Shown here in pieces: positions 7,181 through 17,081 of a stretch of 32,000 bases of DNA. The position numbers and the translations under genes were made by a program. Below the pieces are notes generated by a model, which did not search any database, had not been told where the DNA came from, and was given only the letters and a program-made list of their open reading frames with translations. Location of the stretch: contig NC_010482.1 in the NCBI RefSeq assembly GCF_000019605.1, forward strand, positions 840,001 through 872,000. The letters run 5' to 3'. The first letter of the stretch is position 1, and every line of letters begins with the position of its first letter. The stretch comes from Candidatus Korarchaeum cryptofilum OPF8 (GTDB lineage Archaea > Korarchaeota > Korarchaeia > Korarchaeales > Korarchaeaceae).

Positions 7181-7990
7181 TTACACATAAAGGACACCTA
7201 TACCGTATCCACCCTGCTTCCAGTCTTCAACGAACTCTTTATAATGGAAATTCTGCTTAATTTCACTCCAGAATTTTGGTACGCCACCTACAAGTTCTGA
7301 CGGACCTGGAACTATATCATGAAAAGCTATTATTCCTCCCTTCCTAACAAGCGGGCCGTACATTTCGAAATCCCTTCTGACTCCTTCATATCTATGATCA
7401 CCATCTATGAATAAGAAGTCTATCTTCTCGCCACCTAGAATCCTCTTCAATTCTTCCAATGTCTCAGGATCATGTGAATCCTTCCTTATGAGATAGATTC
7501 TCTGCTTTCCTCTGGAAAAGGCTCTGTATAATCTCATTCTCCACTCCGGGTAACCGCCTCCAAATGGCCCTCCCGGGAGGTCTATACTTATGATCTTAGC
7601 CTCTGTATCTGCGACTCTCGTGAATAAAAATAGAGTCCCTCCTCCCGCTGTCCCTATTTCTAGAACTACTTTCGGTCTTAAATCCGCCAGTATCTCTAGA
7701 AGCTTAGTTATCTCATATCTGATCTGCGCGGGCTCTATAGATATCCCACAACATTTAAATGAAAATACGAAATCCACAGCATCATATATGTTATTGATAA
7801 AGCTAATTAAAATTTTAAATTTTATTAAGAAGAAAATGCGCTTAATAGCTTCATTATATTTAATAATAATGGTAAGTAACTTAAAATACACATATAATAC
7901 TGATTTTTTAATGAATGCTCTCACGCCCTCCTTCTGCAGTACCTCCAGCCCCCTGCTGAGCATTCCATGACCCCTGATCCAGATCTCCAT
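7181..7990 (-). CDS. Class I SAM-dependent methyltransferase (Methyltransf_24 / CmcI-like)
   Basis: VLEIGTAGGGTLFLF (SAM-binding G-rich loop), IISIDL, FLFIDGDHRYEGVRRDF and GGIIAFHDI fit this family. The N-terminal ~90 aa lie in very AT-rich DNA, so the start is uncertain. Confidence 0.7.
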   Translation of the reverse strand: MEIWIRGHGMLSRGLEVLQKEGVRAFIKKSVLYVYFKLLTIIIKYNEAIKRIFFLIKFKILISFINNIYDAVDFVFSFKCCGISIEPAQIRYEITKLLEILADLRPKVVLEIGTAGGGTLFLFTRVADTEAKIISIDLPGGPFGGGYPEWRMRLYRAFSRGKQRIYLIRKDSHDPETLEELKRILGGEKIDFLFIDGDHRYEGVRRDFEMYGPLVRKGGIIAFHDIVPGPSELVGGVPKFWSEIKQNFHYKEFVEDWKQGGYGIGVLYV

Positions 7991-8113
7991 ATAATTAAAA
8001 ATTAATGTTAATTATACCATGAGTCGGCTCCCCTGCAGTAGATTTTATGATAACTACGAGACCGCTTTACTCAGAAGAATATCTTAAAGGTTTTTAAGTA
8101 AGCACCTGATGAG

Positions 8114-9322
8114 ATGGACGTGAGTTTACAGAGAGATTGCAGCTCAGATAAGAGGAGCTTGAGGGTGCTTGTGATAGCTCCTAATGATCTGCAAGTTTAC
8201 GATGGCACTACAATGCGTTTGATAGGTAGTATAACTTCTGTCTGCAGCGATATTGAGATTTCCCTCGCATCTAAGAATTTAAATGAAGAATTGAAAAAAT
8301 GTGAACTTAAATGGATAAAAATGAAAAATATAAATCCCTTGACTAGATTAATTGTTATAACTTTTTACTCAATTAACAGATCCTTGGGGAAGAGCATAGC
8401 TCTCGATTTATTCGGGAGACAGGAGATCGATTGCGATCTCATACACGCTCATTGGATTCACTCGATCCCTTTAGCTAAGGGATTGAGTGAAGAAACTCCA
8501 CTTTTATTAGATCTACATGGTCTCTTCGAACTCACCCCTGTAGATCTGAGAGCCCCACACTTTTGGGCTTTCGTAAGGATTTCCAGGGTATTGGAGAGGA
8601 TCATCTTAAGTAATTCTAACAATTTCACTAACTTAATTGTCCCATCTCTTCCACTGAAGAATTACATTGCTGAGAGGTTCGGCATTCAGAAAGATAAGAT
8701 ATTCGTGATCCCGGACGGTTTGGATCTCGAAAAGATCCCTCCATATGAAGAGCGGAGTATAAGTTCGTTGAGGGAGGAGCTCGGATTGAATGGTGGATAT
8801 TTGATAGTATATGCAGGAACGCCCTCATTCTATCATGGCTTCTGGGATCTGCTCAAAGCCTTCAAGCTCGTCAGGAGGTATCTGGAAAACGTACATCTCC
8901 TTATAATAACTCCCAGACATATGAGGAAAAAATTTGATTCTGAAGGAATTATATTTATAGAAAATGTACCTAAGGAGCGTATATATAAATACCTTTATGC
9001 CTCCGATGCTCTAATATTACCGCATAGATGCGGTACGCAATTCGAGTACCTCCCTTCCAATAAACTCTTAGACTATATAGCGGTCGGCAAGCCTATAATC
9101 GCTTACGCTACATCCTCAGTCACTCAAGCTCTTGAACATTATCCGCTGAAGAAGATCGTTGAATGTAATAATCCTTCGGCACTCGCTCAAGGGATAATTG
9201 AGGCATTGAGGGACTTAAGAGGTGCTAGAATAGATGGTAGTAAAATTATTAAAGAGTATGATTGGAGGGTCATAGGGAAGAGGCTTCTGGAGGTATACAA
9301 GAATGTCCGCACCATCAGTTGA
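8114..9322 (+). CDS. Glycosyltransferase, GT4 / group 1 family
   Basis: It has the GT-B-type two-domain length. C-terminal ...LPSNKLLDYIAVGKPIIAY... resembles the E-x7-E region, and IVYAGTPSFYHG resembles the GT1 core. Confidence 0.75.
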   Translation: MDVSLQRDCSSDKRSLRVLVIAPNDLQVYDGTTMRLIGSITSVCSDIEISLASKNLNEELKKCELKWIKMKNINPLTRLIVITFYSINRSLGKSIALDLFGRQEIDCDLIHAHWIHSIPLAKGLSEETPLLLDLHGLFELTPVDLRAPHFWAFVRISRVLERIILSNSNNFTNLIVPSLPLKNYIAERFGIQKDKIFVIPDGLDLEKIPPYEERSISSLREELGLNGGYLIVYAGTPSFYHGFWDLLKAFKLVRRYLENVHLLIITPRHMRKKFDSEGIIFIENVPKERIYKYLYASDALILPHRCGTQFEYLPSNKLLDYIAVGKPIIAYATSSVTQALEHYPLKKIVECNNPSALAQGIIEALRDLRGARIDGSKIIKEYDWRVIGKRLLEVYKNVRTIS

Positions 9323-10337
9323 GGCCTCAGTCATATGGTTGAATTATAATAGCTCCAATTTCTTGAGAATAGCTCTGAAATCACTTGAATCCGTCCTGAG
9401 CATTGATTTAAATGGTTCATTAGAGGTGATATTAGTAGACAATGCCTCAACAGATGGTAGCTTTAAGGTTTTGAAGGAATTCGCTGAGAGGAAGAAGCCC
9501 AGTAATGTCAGATTAAAGACCGTAGAGTTAAGGAGAAACAAAGGTTACTCAGGAGGGATGAATGCTGGTTGGGATGCAATAAGCCCTAATTCTAAATATG
9601 TAGCCTTCTTGAATAACGATTTAATCGTGGAACCACGTTCTCTCAGCGAATTAATCGATTTCATGAGGAGCAGCGGAGTAAGTGCGGCAAGTGGTCTTGT
9701 CTATTACGGCGATGGGAGGACGATATATTCAGCTGGTTGCTTTGTAACAGAGCTTTGGGGCACTTCTGGTATCTGCATGACTTTGCCTGAGACCGAGTGC
9801 TCCACACTCTCTAGACCGCATTATGTCACCTATGCTGATGGATCTTATATGGTCGTGAGCGTTGAGGCCGTGAGGGAAGTTGGTTATTTGGGTAGACCTT
9901 TCATAGATGAAGCCTTCATTTTTTTAGATGACTATCTCCTTGGCCTGCTCCTATGGAATCGAGGGAAAAGAGTTGCATATTTTCCAGTTAAGGCAGGATA
10001 TCATTTTTCACATAAGACGATAAAACCCGTAATCTTTAATTATAGTATAAGAGCAGGAGCTGCCTTGAGTAGAATACTCAGGACTCGTTTCAGTAGAATC
10101 TCTCACCTTTATATGTCTGGAATACTTTTATTCCATATCTTCCTTAATGCCTTTAATAGGAAAATGGTATATGAGATAATAAGAAACTTCTTTGATGGCT
10201 ACAGGCTGGACGAGAGCGTAAGAGAGAAAATCGGTACACTGTCTCTCTATAGAGCTCCCTTCATCAGAATCACACCAGCTAAGTTTCGTAAGCCTGCTAT
10301 ACCTACACATAGCGATTTAGTCTACTATGGCGAATAA
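9303..10337 (+). CDS. Glycosyltransferase family 2
   Basis: SVIWLNYNSSNFLRIALKSL...EVILVDNASTDGS...YSGGMNAG...LNNDLIV is the classic GT2 (GT-A, D-x-D-like) pattern. It overlaps the upstream GT4 gene by 20 nt. Confidence 0.8.
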   Translation: MSAPSVEASVIWLNYNSSNFLRIALKSLESVLSIDLNGSLEVILVDNASTDGSFKVLKEFAERKKPSNVRLKTVELRRNKGYSGGMNAGWDAISPNSKYVAFLNNDLIVEPRSLSELIDFMRSSGVSAASGLVYYGDGRTIYSAGCFVTELWGTSGICMTLPETECSTLSRPHYVTYADGSYMVVSVEAVREVGYLGRPFIDEAFIFLDDYLLGLLLWNRGKRVAYFPVKAGYHFSHKTIKPVIFNYSIRAGAALSRILRTRFSRISHLYMSGILLFHIFLNAFNRKMVYEIIRNFFDGYRLDESVREKIGTLSLYRAPFIRITPAKFRKPAIPTHSDLVYYGE

Positions 10338-10390
10338 GCTACGAGCGACGCCCTAATTCATGAATTAAAAAATAACTAATACTTGTCAAT

Positions 10391-11323
10391 ATGGTGAAAA
10401 GATCGATGATCCCTTTATACACGCCGATCTTTATTATTAAAAATTTTTATAGAGAACTTCGCCCTGGCAGGTTGAGGAGTACCATGACAGTAGCGATCAT
10501 AGTGACTCATGAAAGTGATAAAAAAAGATTTCCTATTGTTTTAAGAAATGCTTCTCTTCAAACAGATCGCGTTATAATAGTTGATAATGCTTCGAGTAAT
10601 TCCGGAGAATTAAAAACTTACTGTAGTTCTGTTAAAAATTGCGATTTCATAGAAGTTGGATTTAACTCAGGGATCGGGCATGCTTTAAATATTGGTGTGA
10701 TCCATGCTTTAAGGTATAATCCTGACTGGATCTTATTGCTGGATGATGATACTATATTGCTCGATGGTAGCATTGAAAAAGCCCTAAGATCCTTAGATTC
10801 TCTACCGAGGAGCATGAGGGAGAAAGTTATGGTCGTCTCTCTAGGATCTCAGATAGGAGATTGCTCTCTGAAACGTGCCCTCTCAGGGACGTTCTCTGGA
10901 TCTTTAGTCAGGGCTGAGGTATTTAAAAAGATAAAGTTTAGGGAAAACTTCTTCCTCGATCAAGCTGATTTCGACTTCTACTCTAGGGTTTGGGAGCACG
11001 GTTATATAGCATTACTCGTCGATTGCAAATTGATAGATCATCCAATAGGCAAGCGGGAGTGGATACCTGTACTGTCAAAGCTTAGAGGTGAAATGCTTCA
11101 ATATGAGCCTCCGTGGAGGTATTATTACATTGTGAGGAACTCGACGATACTCCTCATAGAGAGAAGGCTTTATATTGGATTCTACTTGAGTCAACTAGTC
11201 AGATGGGGACTAAGGATCCTTTTCAAAGACGGTTTTTTTGCATTTATAAAACCTCTAGCTCTCGGACTGTTCCATGGGTTGCTACGCATGGAGGGTTATA
11301 TGGATAAACGAGTTTTCTCGTAA
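10391..11323 (+). CDS. Glycosyltransferase family 2 (rhamnosyltransferase-like)
   Basis: VAIIVTHESD...RVIIVDNASSNSG...GFNSGIGHALNIG...LLLDDDT. The true start may be ATG 10484 (MTVAIIV), which is preceded by gaggag. Confidence 0.75.
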   Translation: MVKRSMIPLYTPIFIIKNFYRELRPGRLRSTMTVAIIVTHESDKKRFPIVLRNASLQTDRVIIVDNASSNSGELKTYCSSVKNCDFIEVGFNSGIGHALNIGVIHALRYNPDWILLLDDDTILLDGSIEKALRSLDSLPRSMREKVMVVSLGSQIGDCSLKRALSGTFSGSLVRAEVFKKIKFRENFFLDQADFDFYSRVWEHGYIALLVDCKLIDHPIGKREWIPVLSKLRGEMLQYEPPWRYYYIVRNSTILLIERRLYIGFYLSQLVRWGLRILFKDGFFAFIKPLALGLFHGLLRMEGYMDKRVFS

Positions 11324-11590
11324 AAAGGATAAAATTTTACAAAAAAATACATAATAAGAGATAGAGATATCATCTGATGCTTGGCTCTTATGATCGTGAA
11401 AAATATTAAGTGTAAATCATTTAATAAACTCTGTATTAAAATTTATAAATTCTGTGATCTTTTATAAATTATGATAATCCGCTGATCCCCTATTTACTGA
11501 TGATAGGAATTCCTTAGAAGTCAACCTTCTGCGAAAGTTTTTATTTTGTTTGATATTCCATCTCGATAATTAATGAGGTGAAATATACAA

Positions 11591-12653
11591 ATGAAGGGCC
11601 TCGTTCTCGCTGGAGGTGAGGGCTCCAGGCTCAGGCCTCTGAGCTTCTCCATACCTAAGCATTTAATCCCGCTGCTCGGTAAGGCTGTCATAGAGTATCC
11701 CATAGACCATTTACTCGAGGCTGGCATAAGGGAGATCGGAGTAGTGATAGGGTACTTAGGCTTCATGATACAGGATTACCTCAGCAGATCCCGTCCCAAT
11801 GCGTCTATAAGCTATATAAAGCAGGAGGAGAGGCTCGGAATAGCTCATGCGATCTATAGAGCTATAGAAGAGGGATTTATAGATGAGGAATTCGCAGTCT
11901 ATCTGGGAGATAACATAATAGAGAGCGGTGTCGGGAGGCACATCAAAAGCTTCGAGGAGAGCGATTTCGATTCTTACGTACTGCTATATAGGGTTAGAGA
12001 TCCATCGAGATTCGGGGTAGCCATCCTGAGGGATGGTAAAGTGGTCAAGTTAGTTGAGAAACCGAAGGAACGCATATCCGATCTCGCTGTCATAGGTTTC
12101 TATATGTTCAAGGATCCTGAGTTAGTAGCCCGAGCATTCAGGACGCTCAAGCCATCGTGGAGGGGTGAGTACGAGATAACTGAGTTGATACAATGGTTCA
12201 TAGATAACGGTTATAGAGTGGGGTATGATTTCGTGAACGGTTGGTGGAAGGATATAGGGACTCCTGAGAGCTTATTGGATGCTCTCTACTTCCTGATAGA
12301 TCGCATTGAGAACTCTATTAAGGGAGAAGTGAGGAGGGATTTCTCAGGGAGGGTATTCGTCGAAGACGGGGCTATCGTCGAAGGAAGTATATACGGTCCA
12401 GCTTACATCGGGAGGAACTCGTATGTAGCGAAGGAAGCTGTAATAGAGCCCTTTACTTCCATAGAAGCTCATGCGAGAGTTGAATCCGGGTATCATATCT
12501 AGGAGCCTCGTATTGAACAATGCCCGCTTGAAGCTCAATAAAACGAGGCTCATTAATAGTATAATCGGGAGGTATAGCGTGATAGAGTCCACTAGAGAAT
12601 TGCACGGCGATGTAGAATTTATTATAACAGATTACAGTATCGTGAGGCTCTGA
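11591..12653 (+). pseudogene. rmlA: Glucose-1-phosphate thymidylyltransferase (archaeal long form with C-terminal left-handed beta-helix), split by a 1-nt frameshift
   Basis: ORF 11591..12502 starts MKGLVLAGGEGSRLRPLSFSIPKHL (NTP-transferase signature) and stops inside the hexapeptide-repeat domain. ORF 12471..12653, one frame over, continues that domain (IISRSLVLNNARL...INSIIGRYSVIES...FIITDYSIVRL). Deleting one G from the GGG run at 12488-12490 restores ...VESGIISRS.... Confidence 0.75.
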
Positions 12654-12662
12654 GGGGATAGT

Positions 12663-13658
12663 ATGAAGCTCTTGATAACTGGTGGGGCGGGCTTCATGGG
12701 GAGCAACCTCGTTAGGTTCATAGCGGAGACTACGGATTTCGAGATAATGGTGTACGATAAACTGAGTTATTCGGGGAGAATTGAGAATATAGAAGATCTT
12801 ATTGAGAGGAAAAGGATAAGATTTGTCCGAGGGGATATATGCGATGAAGAGATGCTCACTTCCGTAATCGAGGAATTCCGCCCTGACGCTATAGTGAACT
12901 TAGCGGCTGAAACCCATGTCGACAGATCAATAAATGAACCATCTCCGTTCATACAGACGAATATTTTCGGTGTATATACAATATTGGAAGTGATGAGGAG
13001 GAGGGATATCCCCCTGCTCCTCCATCTATCGACAGACGAGGTATACGGGGACCTCAGTGAGCTAGGTATAGAAGCGGATGAGTCCTCTAACCTAAACCCA
13101 TCCAGCCCTTACTCAGGGAGCAAGGCCGCTGGAGATCTCCTGATTAAGGCTTACTCGAGGACTTATGGCCTGAAGTATAAGATCGCTAGGCCATGCAACA
13201 ATTACGGCCCGTATCAGCACCCAGAGAAGTTGATACCCAGGACCATCATAAGGTTATTACAAGGTAAGCCCGCTACGATATACGGTGACGGATCTCAGGA
13301 GAGGGATTGGATCCACGCATTGGATAATGCTAGGGCATTGCTCACGATACTAACTGAGGGGCTCAGTAATGAGATCTACAATATATGCAGACACAATTAC
13401 GCTAGTGTGAGGACTATCGTGGAGCTTATAACTAAGATAATGGGGAAGGACCCTAGGAGAGATATTATATACGTTAAAGGTAGGCCTGGTGAGGACCTCA
13501 GGTACGCTATGAAGTGCGATAAGCTGTTAAATTTAGGGTGGAGACCGATTTACGATCTTGAGACCGGTTTGAGGGATACACTGGAATGGTATTTAAATAA
13601 TGAGTGGTGGTGGAAGCCGCTACTGGATCACTACGTATTATCGGATGCACCCTGGTGA
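12663..13658 (+). CDS. rmlB: dTDP-glucose 4,6-dehydratase
   Basis: TGGAGFMGSN Rossmann motif, STDEVYG, and PYSGSKAAGDLL (the Y-xxx-K catalytic motif). The length is ~330 aa. Confidence 0.9.
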   Translation: MKLLITGGAGFMGSNLVRFIAETTDFEIMVYDKLSYSGRIENIEDLIERKRIRFVRGDICDEEMLTSVIEEFRPDAIVNLAAETHVDRSINEPSPFIQTNIFGVYTILEVMRRRDIPLLLHLSTDEVYGDLSELGIEADESSNLNPSSPYSGSKAAGDLLIKAYSRTYGLKYKIARPCNNYGPYQHPEKLIPRTIIRLLQGKPATIYGDGSQERDWIHALDNARALLTILTEGLSNEIYNICRHNYASVRTIVELITKIMGKDPRRDIIYVKGRPGEDLRYAMKCDKLLNLGWRPIYDLETGLRDTLEWYLNNEWWWKPLLDHYVLSDAPW

Positions 13659-13662
13659 GAGC

Positions 13663-14571
13663 ATGCTGATACTAGTGACAGGTGGGACGGGCCTGTTAGG
13701 TTGGCACTTAGTAAATAAGTTAGCGAGGGATTATCGAGTGATCGCGACTCACCATATCAATAGACCGCCATCCGAAGACCAACGAGTTGAGTGGGTCTAC
13801 TTGGACCTGCTAGATTACGAGGGGATAAAGCGGATAATAGGGGATCTGAGACCTGAGATAGTCATCCATACAGCAGCATACACGGATGTCGATGGTTGTG
13901 AGATTGACAGGAAGAGAGCTTTCGATGTGAATTATTTGGCCACGAAATCTCTCGCTAGAGCATGCCGGGGAGTATGCGAATACTTCATTTATATCTCAAC
14001 AGATTACGTCTTCGATGGGGAGAGGGGACATTACTCCGAGGAAGATCTTCCATACCCAATCAATTATTACGGTTTGACTAAACTCCTGGGAGAAGTAGCC
14101 ACTACAGATCTCTTAGATAAGAGCCTAGTCATCAGAACTAGTGGAATATATGGCTGCAGCCCTGGAGGTAAGAGGGGATTCGCTCTCAGCTTATTGGAGA
14201 AGCTCTCCAGGGGAGATGAAGTAATGGCCTTCACTGATCAGTACTTATCACCTACTTACGCTCCGCATTTAGCATCTAATATATTGAAACTCCTCGAGTT
14301 GAGGGTAAATGGTTTCCTACATATAGCTGGCGATAGAGCTTCGAGATATGAATTCGCAATAGCAGTAGCGAGGGAGTTAGGAGCTGATGAGAGATTAGTT
14401 AAACCCTCCTCAATGGATACTTCATCACTCAGAGCTCGTAGGCCCCGAGATTCGAGTTTAGATACGAAAAAAGCTAAGGAGGAACTCGGATTACCTTTTA
14501 AATCTATGCGTGACTGTATTAAGGAATTTATAAGGGATTGTGGTGAGGGGAATGCCGTTCAAGAGTTTTAA
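13663..14571 (+). CDS. rmlD: dTDP-4-dehydrorhamnose reductase
   Basis: MLILVTGGTGLLG, ISTDYVFDG and YGLTKLLGE (Y-xxx-K). ATG 13663 sits right after the rmlB stop, so the longer listed start 13600 is unlikely. Confidence 0.85.
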   Translation: MLILVTGGTGLLGWHLVNKLARDYRVIATHHINRPPSEDQRVEWVYLDLLDYEGIKRIIGDLRPEIVIHTAAYTDVDGCEIDRKRAFDVNYLATKSLARACRGVCEYFIYISTDYVFDGERGHYSEEDLPYPINYYGLTKLLGEVATTDLLDKSLVIRTSGIYGCSPGGKRGFALSLLEKLSRGDEVMAFTDQYLSPTYAPHLASNILKLLELRVNGFLHIAGDRASRYEFAIAVARELGADERLVKPSSMDTSSLRARRPRDSSLDTKKAKEELGLPFKSMRDCIKEFIRDCGEGNAVQEF

Positions 14572-15094
14572 GAGACTCGAGATACCAGATTTATTATTAA
14601 TAGATCATGTTTTATTTCCCGATTCGAGAGGTTTCTTTACAGAGCTTTACAAGAAATCGGATTTCACAGGGAATGGCATCCCGCACGACTTCGTCCAAGT
14701 GAACTTGAGCTATTCGAGGAAGGGCGTAGTTAGGGGGCTTCACTATCAACTGAAGCCGATGGAACAAGGGAAGTTAGTATACGTTATAAGTGGTAAAGTT
14801 TTTGACGTTGCAGTCGATATTAGAAGGGGTTCAAAATGGTTTGGAAGGTATGTTAGTGTATTGCTCGAGCCCGGCCTCGCTCTCTGGATACCACCTGGAT
14901 TCGCGCACGGTTTCCAAGCCCTAGAGGATACGTACTTCCTCTACCTCGTGACGAAGGAGTACTCACCTCAGCATGAGAGATGTATTAAATGGGATGATCA
15001 GGAGATAGGGATCGAGTGGCCTCTGAAGGAGGCTGTATTGAGTGAGAGGGACTCTAAATGCCCGCCTCTCAAATCATGCGAGACGAATTTTTGA
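14552..15094 (+). CDS. rmlC: dTDP-4-dehydrorhamnose 3,5-epimerase
   Basis: FPDSRGFFTELY, RGLHYQ, KLVYVISGKVFDVAVDIR and PPGFAHGF are cupin RmlC motifs. ATG 14552 is preceded by ggtgagggga. Confidence 0.85.
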   Translation: MPFKSFKRLEIPDLLLIDHVLFPDSRGFFTELYKKSDFTGNGIPHDFVQVNLSYSRKGVVRGLHYQLKPMEQGKLVYVISGKVFDVAVDIRRGSKWFGRYVSVLLEPGLALWIPPGFAHGFQALEDTYFLYLVTKEYSPQHERCIKWDDQEIGIEWPLKEAVLSERDSKCPPLKSCETNF

Positions 15095-15219
15095 AAATAT
15101 TCTCCCTCTTCAAGCTATTCATCTTCTTAACTCATTCCCTTTTCATGTTCTCTAACTATTTTACTTCAGAATGAGGAACGGATCCACTATAGTTCATCGC
15201 ATACATATGGCAATCCTAA

Positions 15220-16737
15220 TTAGGGCCGGGAGGATAGTTCCATTATTTTCCTCTCATAGGACAGTATCAGATCCGCAATCCTCCCTATCAGCTTTATTCG
15301 GGAGAGGACCTCCCTTAAGAATTCCAAATCAGCTTGCTCGAGTAATATCAATGGGATTAAGGATATGTAGAGGAGGAAGTAGAGAGGGAGGAGTATTATC
15401 CTGAGAGGAGAAATTAAGAAATGCCCTATCGCGATCACTGGCACTGCCGAGACTATCGAAGCTACGTATACTTTAATCGAGCTCTTGATGTCGATAGATG
15501 CCCTGAAATCCCTCAGTATGAGGAGGGAGAGTGAAGTTGATGCTATACTCGAGAATATTTGAGCTATTATTATACCGGTTATCCCATAAATATTCGTTAA
15601 TAAATAAGATAGTGGAAGAAATATTGAGGCACCAAAGGATGATATAATTAGAATTACCTTAGTTCTTCCCAAACTGCCTAAGAGGGGCCCTATTGAGAGG
15701 GATCCTATACCTACCAAGAGGTAGCTAAGCAGGAATAATGATAGGTAAAATGGTGTCAGTATATACTTATCTCCGAAAAATATTTTTACAAAATCTACTG
15801 AGAATATCATTAATGATACCGTGATAGGTACTATTAATAGAGAGGAGTACTTCACTGAGAGCTTGAACATCCTCTCGATACCTCCCTCGAGAGTCCTCGA
15901 GAAAGTCGAGAGGAGAGAGGGGCTTATGGAAGATGTCACTACCCCGAGCACAGATGAAAAAGTGGCTGCTGCATAATAGTTCCCTATCTCGAAGTCCGTG
16001 AATGAAGACAGGAGTAATGTAGTGTACTGGTTCACGGCTATCGCTATTATCGAGGAGAGGTGGAGGGGTAGGCTGTAGCTGAGCATTGAGGATAGGCTCC
16101 CGCTCGCCCTCCTGCTCAAGAAACCTCTTACTAAAAGGAGGCTCGCGATAGCAGCGACTATATAACCGGATAAATGACCGAATACTGCACCGAATATACC
16201 GAGACCAGATAAAACTAGTGTCGTTGACACTAGGAACTTAGATGTGGATTGGAAAAGCGGTACTGTAGAACTTCTCTCGGACATCCCGAGACCTAAGAGG
16301 ATCGAGGAAGATAGATTGCAAACAGTTACAAAGGGAATGGCTATCGCAGCCAACCTTACATAATTGCAGAGGTCGGGCCTCCTCAATACATAAGATGAAT
16401 AGGGCTCCGCTATAGCCACACCGATTAATGAGAGAAGAAGACTCAGTGAGAGGGAGATCCTAACAGTGAATGAAGCGATTTCCTTAGCTCTCTCATCCCC
16501 TCTCAATAGAGCCATGGTTCTCATTAAGAAAGGGGGTATCCCCATGTCAGAGAACACTACTAGGAGGGAGAATAAGGCGAGAGAAAGCGAGTAGAGTCCA
16601 TATCTATCAGGTCCAAGCAATCTAGCTAGTAAAATCGAGTTTATTGATAAAATAGCTGTTGAGATGATATTTCCGGACATCAGGAAGATGCTCCCTCTTA
16701 CAGCTTCAGCCATGGCATCCCTCAGATTTTCCTCCAC
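15220..16737 (-). CDS. Polysaccharide/oligosaccharide flippase, MOP superfamily (Wzx/RfbX-like)
   Basis: A 505-aa polytopic protein with roughly 12-14 hydrophobic segments. The N-terminal ...GSIFLMSGNIISTAILSINSILLARLLGPDRYGLYSL pattern is typical of polysaccharide biosynthesis protein families. It is adjacent to the rml and GT genes. Confidence 0.75.
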   Translation of the reverse strand: MEENLRDAMAEAVRGSIFLMSGNIISTAILSINSILLARLLGPDRYGLYSLSLALFSLLVVFSDMGIPPFLMRTMALLRGDERAKEIASFTVRISLSLSLLLSLIGVAIAEPYSSYVLRRPDLCNYVRLAAIAIPFVTVCNLSSSILLGLGMSERSSTVPLFQSTSKFLVSTTLVLSGLGIFGAVFGHLSGYIVAAIASLLLVRGFLSRRASGSLSSMLSYSLPLHLSSIIAIAVNQYTTLLLSSFTDFEIGNYYAAATFSSVLGVVTSSISPSLLSTFSRTLEGGIERMFKLSVKYSSLLIVPITVSLMIFSVDFVKIFFGDKYILTPFYLSLFLLSYLLVGIGSLSIGPLLGSLGRTKVILIISSFGASIFLPLSYLLTNIYGITGIIIAQIFSSIASTSLSLLILRDFRASIDIKSSIKVYVASIVSAVPVIAIGHFLISPLRIILLPLYFLLYISLIPLILLEQADLEFLREVLSRIKLIGRIADLILSYERKIMELSSRP

Positions 16738-16832
16738 GAGCTCACCTCTGTGAAGCGATCCTGCTATGAATTCAACGCAATATTAAAGAATTATAGCTCC
16801 AAGTTGTGCTAATTATGGAGAAGCTCTATTCT

Positions 16833-17081
16833 TTAGGATTCACTCCCCTCTAAATCCTTCAGAGACTCCTCCATCTCTTCTATAGGTTTCGGGGGAGGCG
16901 TTCTCACTAACACATACCCTATGAAAGCTAGAACACCAAAGACACCAGCTACCGCGATAAATCCCGTGAGCTGGAGTAGAAAAGTCGACCATTCAGTGAA
17001 GAAAACGATCCAACCATAGGTAATGATGATTGAGATGCTTAATACTATCATACAGACTCCTATTATGGTATCTCTACCCAT
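16833..17081 (-). CDS. Small membrane protein (2 predicted TM helices, acidic C-terminal tail)
   Basis: The ORF has two clear hydrophobic stretches followed by PPPKPIEEMEESLKDLEGSES. Confidence 0.45.
   Translation of the reverse strand: MGRDTIIGVCMIVLSISIIITYGWIVFFTEWSTFLLQLTGFIAVAGVFGVLAFIGYVLVRTPPPKPIEEMEESLKDLEGSES

Noticed and set aside
7590-7970. 126-aa + strand ORF inside the methyltransferase gene
   Set aside because: It is antisense to a gene with clear SAM-methyltransferase motifs and lies in AT-rich DNA where spurious ORFs are easy.
15171-15404. 77-aa + strand ORF
   Set aside because: It overlaps the 3' end of the well-supported flippase gene on the opposite strand, and its sequence is R/S/G-rich.
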